Assembly: GCA_963785725.1 (NCBI GenBank)
Contig: CAWAWS010000035.1
Coordinates: forward strand, 43,620-107,619
Length of the DNA stretch: 64,000 nucleotides
Source: an uncultured delta proteobacterium
GTDB lineage: Bacteria; Myxococcota_A; Polyangia; Palsa-1104
Reading direction: 5' to 3'
Shown here: positions 48,792 through 57,248 of the stretch, in pieces
Layout: each line of letters starts with the position of its first letter
How positions within the stretch are numbered: position 1 is the first letter of the stretch
Notes under the pieces: model-generated
What the model was told of the DNA's origin: nothing
Database searches by the model: none
Seen by the model: only the letters and a program-made list of their open reading frames with translations
Made by a program: the position numbers and the translations under genes

Positions 48792-50577
48792 TTACGCCTC
48801 GTCATCACTGTCGTCTTTGTCGTCTTCGTCGTCTGCGCTCGGCAGCGGCGCGCCCATCCACTGTTCGTACAGCGCGCGCTGCGCCGCCGACGGCACGGCC
48901 ACGGGCGCGATCTTGTAGCGCTCGGGCGGCTTGTCGCCCAACGTCACCTCGATCGTCCGCAGCTGATCGCGACGGAAAATGTCGCAGCGCAGCCGATCGC
49001 CCGGCTTCTTCGCCGCCAGCCGCTCTTTGAGCGTCGCCGAGTCGATGCGGAAGCCGTCGAGCGCCACCAGCTCGTCGCCGGCCGACAAGCCGGCCGCCTG
49101 CGCCGGGCCGTCGTCGAGCACGGCCGCCAAGATGAGCCCGCCGTCGTCGCGCGTCGTCACGCCGAGCCACGGCTCGCCGGCGTCACCGTCGGTCTCGGCC
49201 GAGATCGTCGAGGCCGGCGGTGGCCAACAGGCGCTCCAGCTCCAGCTCGTCGCGACCGCGAATGTGCCGCTCGAAGAAGGCCTCCAAGTCGAGCCCGCTC
49301 GCCTCTTCCGCCAGCGCCTGCACGGAATCATCGGGAAAGCCGACGCCGCGCTGACCGAAGCGCTGCCACAACAGGCGCATCAGATCGTCGAGCGACTTGC
49401 CGCCGCCGGTGCGCGAGCGAATCTCGAGATCGAGCAGCAGCGCCACGACGCCGCCCTTCAAATAGTAGGAGATCGTCGAGTTGACCGAGTTCTCGTCGGG
49501 GCGATAGAGCTTGATCCAGGCGTCGAAGCTCGACTCCTCCAGCGACTGCCGTTTGCGCCCGGGAATGGCCGCGATTTTGCCGACCTCTTCGGCCAGCTTG
49601 TCGAGGTACTTCTCGGGCTTTTGCAGCCCGGCGCGCACCAGGATGTGGCGATCGTAGTAGCTGGTGATGCCCTCCATCACCCACAAACAGCGCGTGTAGG
49701 CTTCGCGCTGGTAGTCGAACGGGCCCAGCACCTCGGGATGGATGCGCTTGACGTTCCACAGGTGAAAATATTCGTGCGAGATGAGCTCGAGGAACTCCTC
49801 GTACTTCTTGCGCGGATGGAACGTGAACGGCGACGCCAAGAGCGCACACGACTTCGAGTGCTCGAGGCCGCCGTATTGGTTGGGCGCCAGCATGAGTAAA
49901 AAGGCGTACTCGTCGTAAGGCACGCCGTCGCCGAAGATGCCGGCGGCGGCGTCGATGATGAGCTGCATGTCGGCGAGCAGCTGCGGGCGCGAGAAGGTCG
50001 CGTCGCCCCAAATCGCCAGCCGGTGCCGTTTGCGTTGCGCGTCGAAGTGATGCAGCTCGTGCGTGCCGACTTCGAAGGGCGAGTCGACGATCTCGTCGTA
50101 ATTGCGCGCGGCGAACACGTTCTCGGACGACTCGGGCAAGGCCACGGTCACGCGCCAATGCTCGGGCGGCGCGACGGTGATGCGCGCCGGCGCCGACTTC
50201 AGCGGCGGGTGATAGAGGAACACGCAGGCGCCGTTGAAGAAGCCGTGCGAGTCGTCGAGGTGGGCCGAGCGCACGGTCAAGTCGTTGGCGTAGACGCGAT
50301 AGCGGGCGACGACGACCTCGGCGCCGCGTGCGTCGACGCGCCAGGTCGCCTTCTCGATCTTGCGCGCCGGAAGCGGGCGACCTTCGGGGGTCGCGAACGT
50401 CAGCTCTTGCAGGTGGCGCTCGAACTCGCGCACCAAGTACGAGCCCGGCGTCCACACCGGCAGCATGAGGTCGATGTCGGCGCCACCGACGGGAAAGCGC
50501 GCCTCGACGCCGTACAGATGCGCATTCTTGCCGACGAGATCGATTCGATATTCGACAGTTGCCGTTGCGGTCGCCAT
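48792..50577 (-). CDS. M61 glycyl aminopeptidase with PDZ domain; apparent frameshift near 49210
   Basis: PVWTPGSY, GGLEH, SHEYFHLWNVKRI, EGITSYY, SYYLKG; PDZ (PWLGV, GPAQAAGLSAGD) in the next frame. Confidence 0.9.
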
Positions 50578-50591
50578 TGCACCGATCGATA

Positions 50592-52127
50592 TCACGCGCC
50601 CGGCGACGGATCGAGCCGTGTGACGCTGAAGCCTTCGAGCGGCGTCAAGGTCACCGCTTTCTTGCCTTCCGAGAGCTTGGCTTTGAGCTGCGGCTTGGAC
50701 ACGCCGGCGGTCGACAGCTCCCAGAAGCCACGCGGATCTTCGTCGGCGTCGTCGAACACGCGCACGACGAAGACGCGGCCGCCGCGCGCCCGCGCCGACG
50801 CCAGCTCGCGATCGAGCCGCTTCCAGCAGGCGGCGGCGCCGTCGCGCGCGGCGTAGTAGGCGACGGGGAAGGGCTCGATCTTGGCCTTGCCGTAAAAGAC
50901 GACGTATTCGTCCCACGAGTGGCCGGGGAAGAGGACCAGATCGCCGTCGCGGAGCAGCGCCGCGGTCGCCTCCGCTTTTTGCCGCGGCCATTGGTCGGTG
51001 TGCGCCGGCCAAATCGCCGTCGCGAAGTTGAACAGCGCCAGCCACGCCAGCACGGCGCCGCCGGCACGACCCGGCCGCGGCAGATGCAAGAGGAGCGCGG
51101 CGGCGACGACCCAGCCCGCCGGCAAGACGAAGATCCAGCGCTCGGGATCGGCGCCGAAGAACGCCACACCCAACAGCGTGTAAGGCGCGATCCACCAGAC
51201 CAGCGCCGTCGTGTCGAGCGTGGCCAGCGCGCGGCGCTGCGTCATGGTGCCGACGAAGAGCGCCACGAGCGGCACGAGGCCGAGCAGGAATTGGCCGATG
51301 AGCTTCTGCGCATCCGCTTCGTACAAATAGGGCGAGAACACCAGCGACTTGGCCAGGCCGTAGATGGCGTCGGCGAGGCGATAGGGACCGCCGGACGAGA
51401 CGAAGCCGTGCTGCGCCGAGCCGATCCAGCGGAGAGCGCCGGCGACATCGTGACGACGAACGATGAGCGCGGCCCAGGCGTAGGTGGCGATCGTGATGCT
51501 GCCGCCGGTGACGAGCGCGACGAGCGGCGGCAGCCAACGCGGCTTGGGCGCGTGCGCGAACAAGTAGTAGGCGACGAAGCCGCTCAAGAGCACGTGCGAC
51601 AGATGCGAGAGCACGCACAGCGCCAGGCAAACGCCGACCAAGAAGGCGCGGGCGAGCGTCGGATGCGACGCGAACGACAGCGCCATGCGCACGGTCGCGA
51701 GCAAGGCGACCATCGCGGCGGCGTAGGCTTCGACGTCGTTGGCCTCGCTCCAGTAGCCGTAAGACAAGGCCAGGCCGCCGGCCGCGAGCGTGGCGCCGAG
51801 GCGGATCTGCGCGTCGTCGCGACCGGCGAGCAGGCGGCGCGCGATGCTGTACAAGAGGACGACGCCGGTGCCGCCGAGGAGCGCGTCGTAGAGCCGACCG
51901 GCGCGCAAGCCGTCGCCGACGAGGCCGGCGACGAGGCGCAACGCCGGCATGAAGAGGAGGTGGCCGGCCGCGAAGTTGAACGGCAAGAGCTTGATGTAAC
52001 CGAGCCCGTCCAAGTTCGGGACGGCGGGCGCGGTCAGGAGATAGACGATCGTCGCCGCCGCGCCCAAGCCGAGCGCGCGGAGCCGATGCGAACGTTCGTC
52101 AGCGACGTCTGCCGGCGGCGCTTTCAA
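50592..52127 (-). CDS. Polytopic membrane protein, GT-C glycosyltransferase-like
   Basis: TTGA overlap start; about 10 TM helices; NLDGLGY, GHLLF, WSEANDVEAY. Confidence 0.6.
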   Translation of the reverse strand: MKAPPADVADERSHRLRALGLGAAATIVYLLTAPAVPNLDGLGYIKLLPFNFAAGHLLFMPALRLVAGLVGDGLRAGRLYDALLGGTGVVLLYSIARRLLAGRDDAQIRLGATLAAGGLALSYGYWSEANDVEAYAAAMVALLATVRMALSFASHPTLARAFLVGVCLALCVLSHLSHVLLSGFVAYYLFAHAPKPRWLPPLVALVTGGSITIATYAWAALIVRRHDVAGALRWIGSAQHGFVSSGGPYRLADAIYGLAKSLVFSPYLYEADAQKLIGQFLLGLVPLVALFVGTMTQRRALATLDTTALVWWIAPYTLLGVAFFGADPERWIFVLPAGWVVAAALLLHLPRPGRAGGAVLAWLALFNFATAIWPAHTDQWPRQKAEATAALLRDGDLVLFPGHSWDEYVVFYGKAKIEPFPVAYYAARDGAAACWKRLDRELASARARGGRVFVVRVFDDADEDPRGFWELSTAGVSKPQLKAKLSEGKKAVTLTPLEGFSVTRLDPSPGA

Positions 52128-52840
52128 CCGAAGAAGGCCTCGTTGCGGATTTGGCGTTTGCGATCGACGCCGCGCGCTTGCAGCTCCGTCTTCAGCTCTT
52201 TGATCATGGCGCCGTTGCCGATGAGATAGAACACCGGCTTCGTCAGCGCCGGCACGTCGGCGAGCAGCTCGTTGTTGATGCGCCCGCGGCGACCGCTCCA
52301 ACTCGCGCCCGCTTCGCCCGAGAGGAACAGCCGCAGCTCGATGCGCGCGCTTTGCGCGGCGATGGCGTGCAGCTCGTCGAGCCAGAAGAGGTCGGCGGCG
52401 TGGCGATTGCCCCAATAGACGATGACTTTGCCGCGCTCGGCGCGCTCGGCCAGCTCGGCCAGCATCGGCAAGACGGGGGTGATGCCGACGCCGGTGATGC
52501 CGAAGACGACGTCGCCCGCGTGCTGCAGATCGAGCACGAAGAAGCCCATCGGCCCCGTGAACTGCACGCGCTGACCGACGGCCAGGTGGGCGAAGTATTG
52601 GCTGCCCGGGCCGTGCTCGATGAGCTTTAGGACCAGCGAAAACTCGGGAAGCCCCGAATGGGAGGCGATGGAATAGCTGCGCAAGATGGGGTTGTCGTCG
52701 GCATCGCGACCGACGCGCACGCTGACGAACTGGCCCGGACGGAAGGTCAGCGGCGCTTCCGGACGCAGAATATATTCGACGACGCCGTCGGCGCGCGGCT
52801 GTACGCGCACGAGCTCGGCTTCATGGACGTTGCCCGACAT
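52124..52840 (-). CDS. FAD/NAD(P)-dependent oxidoreductase (ferredoxin-NADP reductase-like)
   Basis: FRPGQF, RSYSIAS, GPGS, GPMG, TGVGITP, NEAF. Confidence 0.88.
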   Translation of the reverse strand: MSGNVHEAELVRVQPRADGVVEYILRPEAPLTFRPGQFVSVRVGRDADDNPILRSYSIASHSGLPEFSLVLKLIEHGPGSQYFAHLAVGQRVQFTGPMGFFVLDLQHAGDVVFGITGVGITPVLPMLAELAERAERGKVIVYWGNRHAADLFWLDELHAIAAQSARIELRLFLSGEAGASWSGRRGRINNELLADVPALTKPVFYLIGNGAMIKELKTELQARGVDRKRQIRNEAFFG

Positions 52841-52858
52841 GGATGCTACCGTAACGGC

Positions 52859-53542
52859 ATGTTGGGCTTCCGTCGAGGGGCGTGCGCGCTCCTATTATGC
52901 AGTTCCGTCGCTTGGGTCGGTTGTGACGAGAAAAAGTCGGCGCCGGCCGCAGCGCCGTCGGGGATTCCGCCGATGGACGATCACGCAGCCGCTGCCGGCA
53001 ACGCCAATGATCGACCGGTTCACGAGCCTGTCGCGGGCGCGCCGGCGGGCGATACGGCGGGACTGCCGGCCGGCCATCCGCCGCTCGGCTCGATGCCGCC
53101 CGATCGCGCCGGCGGCATGATGCCGTCGACGGCGGCGGCACCGTCGGGCGCGTTCGCAGGCGAGACGCCGGGCGGCGAGCTCGATCCGAAGACGGTCATC
53201 TCGGGCGTGCTCAAGCTCGACGGCAAGGTGAAGGGCAAAGTGCAGACGGGCGACACCATCTTCGTCGTCGCGCGCAAATACGAAGAGGGCGCGCCGCCGG
53301 GATCGGGCACGCCGCTGGCGGTCAAGAAGCTCACCGTCGGCACGTGGCCGCTCGAGTTCACCCTCGACTCGCGCGACGCGATGCTCGTCGGCACGAAGAT
53401 GGAAGGCAAGGTCGTGGTCACGGCGCGCGTCGACAAGGACGGCGACGCGATCACGAAGAATCCGGGCGACGTCACCGGACAGTCGAAGGCGGTGGTGCCG
53501 CCGCAGAAGAACGTCGTCGTGCCGCTGGACACGCTGCTGTGA
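52859..53542 (+). CDS. Lipoprotein with CcmI/CycH C-terminal Ig-like domain
   Basis: Lipobox VGC; LPAGHPP; TIFVVAR, PLAVKKL, PLEFTLD..DAM, VTARVDKDGDA..PGD. Confidence 0.75.
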   Translation: MLGFRRGACALLLCSSVAWVGCDEKKSAPAAAPSGIPPMDDHAAAAGNANDRPVHEPVAGAPAGDTAGLPAGHPPLGSMPPDRAGGMMPSTAAAPSGAFAGETPGGELDPKTVISGVLKLDGKVKGKVQTGDTIFVVARKYEEGAPPGSGTPLAVKKLTVGTWPLEFTLDSRDAMLVGTKMEGKVVVTARVDKDGDAITKNPGDVTGQSKAVVPPQKNVVVPLDTLL

Positions 53543-53588
53543 GCGCGCGTCGGCGAGCGCGGGTGGGCGAGCGTCACGCGGTGCGCGC

Positions 53589-53807
53589 ATGAGCGGCATT
53601 TGGCTCGACGTGGTGGCTTTGGGCGCGCAATGTGTCGCGTTCTTGGTCGGCCTCGTGCTGTCGCTCATCTTGGGCATGGTGATGGCGGCGCACTTGAATG
53701 GCGCGGTCGGGCTCATCGTGGCGACGTTGGCGGCGGGCGGCGGGCTCTTGGGCGCGGCCGTCGCGTCGCAAGCGCTGCGCGACTATCTGATCCGCCGCGA
53801 GACGTAG
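53589..53807 (+). CDS. Small two-TM protein
   Basis: 72 aa with two hydrophobic stretches. Confidence 0.6.
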   Translation: MSGIWLDVVALGAQCVAFLVGLVLSLILGMVMAAHLNGAVGLIVATLAAGGGLLGAAVASQALRDYLIRRET

Positions 53808-53879
53808 GCGGCGCCGGGCGGTCGCGCCCGAAATCAGAGGCGGCGCGCAGCGGCGCTGTCGTTGCCGAGCGCGTTCGGG

Positions 53880-54427
53880 TGGTGCTCGATCTCGACGGTG
53901 CTGTTGGGGGCGTGCGTGGGTGCCGAGCGCGCGTGGCCGTTATAAACCAACGATCGGCGTGCCGGACTACACGATGGCCGACTCCGGCGGAGCGGCCTCG
54001 CGCGGGCAAAGCCCGCCCGCGCGAGGCCGCCGTGCGGGCGAACGACGGGCCGCGCGGCGCGATCGGTGGGCGGCGGTGAGCCGCACGGCGCGGCCGGCGG
54101 CCGCTCGCGGCGAACGGCGGGCTCGCAAGCGGTCGCGGCGCATTTCGGGGGTCGTAGCGGTCGCGGCGCATTTCGGGGGTCGTAGCGGTCGCGGCGCATT
54201 TCGGGGGTCGTAGCGGTCCGCGGCGCATTTCGCCCGCTCGGCCGTGCCCTTCGCCGCTTCGGCTCGGCCGGCACGGCGGGAGCGCGCGGGCGGGCTGTGC
54301 CCGCGCGCGCTCCCGCTCCGCCGTGCCGGCCATCGGCGGATCGCGCACACCGATTCGAGGCTTATCGCGGGCCTGCGCTCGCAGCGCCCACGCACGCCCC
54401 CAACAGCACCGTCAAAGACGAGCACCA
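53880..54427. repeat. Long imperfect inverted repeat (about 155-bp arms) enclosing a tandem array
   Basis: GACGGTGCTGTTGGGGGCGTGCGTGGG at 53894-53920 is the exact reverse complement of 54387-54413; similarity extends over 53880-54036 / 54270-54427. Confidence 0.85.
54128..54232. repeat. 28-bp tandem repeat, three full copies plus a partial
   Basis: AGCGGTCGCGGCGCATTTCGGGGGTCGT at 54128, 54156, 54184; partial at 54212; no spacers. Confidence 0.92.
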
Positions 54428-54508
54428 TGTCCCGCGCCACACGCTCCCCGCCGCGCACGGCTCGGCGCCACCCCGCACGCCCGCACGCCGCGCCTGCGCG
54501 CGCCGTCG

Positions 54509-55138
54509 CTACTTCACGTCGACGAGATGCCGCCGATCGTTCAGCGCGTCCACATGCCACGACGCGCCGTCGATCCGCCGCAGCCGGTGCAGCGCGCAGT
54601 TGTCCGTCCGGAAATGCAGCGGCCGCCCAATGTCGACCCCGAGCGCGTGCTTGACCAGCAGATCGATCGTCACCGAGTGCGACACCACCAGCGTCCGCCC
54701 GCGATCCCCGCGCCGCGCGACGATCTCGTCGAACACCGCCGCCGCCCGCGCATAACAGACGCGCGTCGTCTCGCCCTCCGGCGGACACGCGTCGACGTCG
54801 CGCCGATGCAGCGACGCGAACAGCTCGGGAAACTGCCGATTGGCCTCGGCGAACGTCAACCCCGTCAACAGCCCCACCGAACGCTCGCGCAGCGCCGCCG
54901 TCTGCTCGATGGCGATGCCGGTCAGCCGCGCCGTCGGCTCCGCCGTCTGCACCGCGCGCGGCAGATCGCTGCACACGATCGTATCGAGCCGCCCCTCTTT
55001 GACGAGCAGCTTCGCCGTCGCCTCCGCCTGCCGACGACCGAGCGCCGTCAGCGGTGTCGGCCCGTGCCCGCCCAAGCGGCCGCCTTCGTTGCCTTCGGAC
55101 TGACCGTGACGTAGCAGCAGTATTTCAGCGCCGGACAT
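54509..55138 (-). CDS. Histidine phosphatase (phosphoglycerate-mutase-like)
   Basis: LLRHGQS, SDLPRAVQTA, LRE, PPEGE, VVSH. Confidence 0.9.
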   Translation of the reverse strand: MSGAEILLLRHGQSEGNEGGRLGGHGPTPLTALGRRQAEATAKLLVKEGRLDTIVCSDLPRAVQTAEPTARLTGIAIEQTAALRERSVGLLTGLTFAEANRQFPELFASLHRRDVDACPPEGETTRVCYARAAAVFDEIVARRGDRGRTLVVSHSVTIDLLVKHALGVDIGRPLHFRTDNCALHRLRRIDGASWHVDALNDRRHLVDVK

Positions 55139-55173
55139 GGACGTGTTATATACGCCCGCCAAGAGGATTCGAA

Positions 55174-55416
55174 ATGCCCAACTACGCCCGCTTGCACGAG
55201 CTCGTCTCCCATCGCGTCACGTTCGAGTACGACACCGGCGCCAAAATCGTCGGCTACGTCGCCGCCTGCAAACCGGCCACCGGCCCGGTCCAGGTCGTCG
55301 TCATGTCGCGCGTCGACATCCTCGACGACAAAGGCCGCGTCCTCGAGCATCACGACGAATTCAGCTTCGTCCCCAACGTCCTGACCACTTTCCGCCTCAC
55401 CGAAGGCCCGTCGTAA
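55174..55416 (+). CDS. Small protein, possibly Sm/LSm-like fold
   Basis: GAGGA RBS; LHELVSHRVTFEYDTGAKIVGYV pattern. Confidence 0.65.
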   Translation: MPNYARLHELVSHRVTFEYDTGAKIVGYVAACKPATGPVQVVVMSRVDILDDKGRVLEHHDEFSFVPNVLTTFRLTEGPS

Positions 55417-55421
55417 ACATC

Positions 55422-55847
55422 GTGACCGACGATTTTTCGGCGCTCGGCACCGAGCACTGGCTCGGCTGGCTCGGTGAAGATCCGGCCAAGGCGCTGCGCG
55501 ACACCATCGAAGGCATGCTCGAAGCGCAGGTCGCGGGCGCGCATCTCGTGTGGATTCAGCTCACCGGACCGCCGCACTATCTGACCGGCGCCAAGCGCAC
55601 CGAAGACGGCAAGAAGCTGCAAGTGACCCGCGCCGGCCTGGCCGCGCCCTTCCGCCTCGCCGTGCACGATCCCTCGGGCGACGTCGACGAGCTCAGCGGC
55701 ATCGCCACCTGGGTCGCCACCGGCCTCGACGGCAACGAGCGCCGCGATCGCACGTTCTTGGACTTGAACAAGGACATGGACTGGGGCAAGACGCAGCTGG
55801 AAGCGCGCATCTTCGAGATCGACCGCTCGACCGCCAACGATCACTAG
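55422..55847 (+). CDS. Hypothetical protein
   Basis: GTG 5 nt after upstream stop; genome-like codon use; WLGWLG, TRAGLAAPF, RDRTFLDL. Confidence 0.65.
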   Translation: MTDDFSALGTEHWLGWLGEDPAKALRDTIEGMLEAQVAGAHLVWIQLTGPPHYLTGAKRTEDGKKLQVTRAGLAAPFRLAVHDPSGDVDELSGIATWVATGLDGNERRDRTFLDLNKDMDWGKTQLEARIFEIDRSTANDH

Positions 55848-56016
55848 TTAATCTAGTTTTTCAGCCAGGTTTCACGAAACCGACGGCTGTCGAACGTCAC
55901 TCTTTCGTCGCGTCGGTGTCGAAACCGGCGGCGCTCGTTCGTCGCTTTGCATGGTAAAGAACCGGAATATTCGGCATCCAAGCCGAACTTCTACTCGCGT
56001 GAGGTTTTGTCGCTCA

Positions 56017-57246
56017 ATGCGCCGCGTCTCGTTTCTCGTTCCCATCATCGCCGCGGCCGCCTGCAGCGGCAGCGCCGCCGATCCGCATGAAGGTGGCCCG
56101 CCGGCCACGCCGGTCGAGCTCACGCTCTTGCGCGCCGTCCCGGTGCGCGACACCACCGAATACATCGCGACGCTGAAGTCGCGCCGATCGATCGTGTTAC
56201 AGCCGCTGGTCGACGGTCAGCTGACGCACATCTTCGTCAAGTCGGGCGACACGGTCGATGCCAACACGCCGATCATGCAGATCGATCCGGCGCGCCAGCG
56301 GGCGACGGTGACGTCTTCGCAGGCGACCCAGGCCTCGCGCTTGGCGACGCTGAACTACGCCAAGCAGCAGATGGAGCGCACGCAGCGGCTGTACGAAGGC
56401 GGCGCCGTGTCGCAGCAAGAGGTCGATCAGGCGCGCTCCAACTTCCACTCGGCGACGGCGGAAGTGGCGGCGTTGGGCGCGCAGATCCGCGAGAACGAAG
56501 TGCAGCTCGACTACTACCGCATCGTCGCGCCGGCGCACGGTGTCGTCGGTGACATTCCGGTGCGCGTCGGCGATCACGTGACGCCGGCGACCAAGCTGAC
56601 GACGATCGACGAGAACGGGCTGCTCGAAGCGTACATTTCGGTGCCGGTCGAGAAGACGCGGACGCTGCGCATGGGCATGCCGATTCAGCTCGTCGACGCC
56701 GAAGGGCAGCCGATGGGCGAAGGCCAAATCACCTTCATCTCGCCGCAAGTCAACGAAGAGACGCAGTCGGTGCTCATCAAGAGCGTCGTCACCAACAGCG
56801 ACAACGCGCTGCGGGCCGCGCAATTCGTGCGCGCGCGCGTCGTTTGGTCGACGCACGAAGGCGTCGTGATTCCGGCGCTGTCGGTCATGCGCATCAACGG
56901 TCAGCCCTTCGTGTTCGTGGCCGAAGAGGAAGGCGGCAAGCTCGTCGCCAAGCAAAAGCCGGTGTCGCTGGGCGAGCTCAACGGCGACGGCTATCCGGCG
57001 CTGGCCGGCGTCAAAGCGGGCGATCGGCTGGTGACGGGCGGCGTGCAGAAGCTCGGCGACGGCGCGCCCATCGCGCCCAAAGCGGACGCCGCCAAGACCG
57101 AAGCGCCGTCGAGCGCGCCGGTGGCGGATGCGCCGCCGCCCGCCGCGCCCAAGGCCGAAGCCGCGCCCAAACCGACTGCGCCGAAGGCCGCGCCCAAGTC
57201 GAACGCACCGAAAGCCACGGCCAGCGCCGAAGGCAAGAAGCAGTAG
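56017..57246 (+). CDS. RND efflux periplasmic adaptor (MFP)
   Basis: Lipobox; PLVDGQL, IVAPAHGVVG, FISPQV, GVKAGDRLV. Confidence 0.92.
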   Translation: MRRVSFLVPIIAAAACSGSAADPHEGGPPATPVELTLLRAVPVRDTTEYIATLKSRRSIVLQPLVDGQLTHIFVKSGDTVDANTPIMQIDPARQRATVTSSQATQASRLATLNYAKQQMERTQRLYEGGAVSQQEVDQARSNFHSATAEVAALGAQIRENEVQLDYYRIVAPAHGVVGDIPVRVGDHVTPATKLTTIDENGLLEAYISVPVEKTRTLRMGMPIQLVDAEGQPMGEGQITFISPQVNEETQSVLIKSVVTNSDNALRAAQFVRARVVWSTHEGVVIPALSVMRINGQPFVFVAEEEGGKLVAKQKPVSLGELNGDGYPALAGVKAGDRLVTGGVQKLGDGAPIAPKADAAKTEAPSSAPVADAPPPAAPKAEAAPKPTAPKAAPKSNAPKATASAEGKKQ

Positions 57247-57248
57247 CC

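Noticed and set aside
54128..54232. 28-bp repeats as a CRISPR array
   Set aside because: Units are directly adjacent with no spacers, and there are no cas genes in the window.
53713..54974. ORFs across the inverted-repeat region
   Set aside because: Arg/Pro/Ala-rich translations of repeats in several frames, with no RBS or codon bias.
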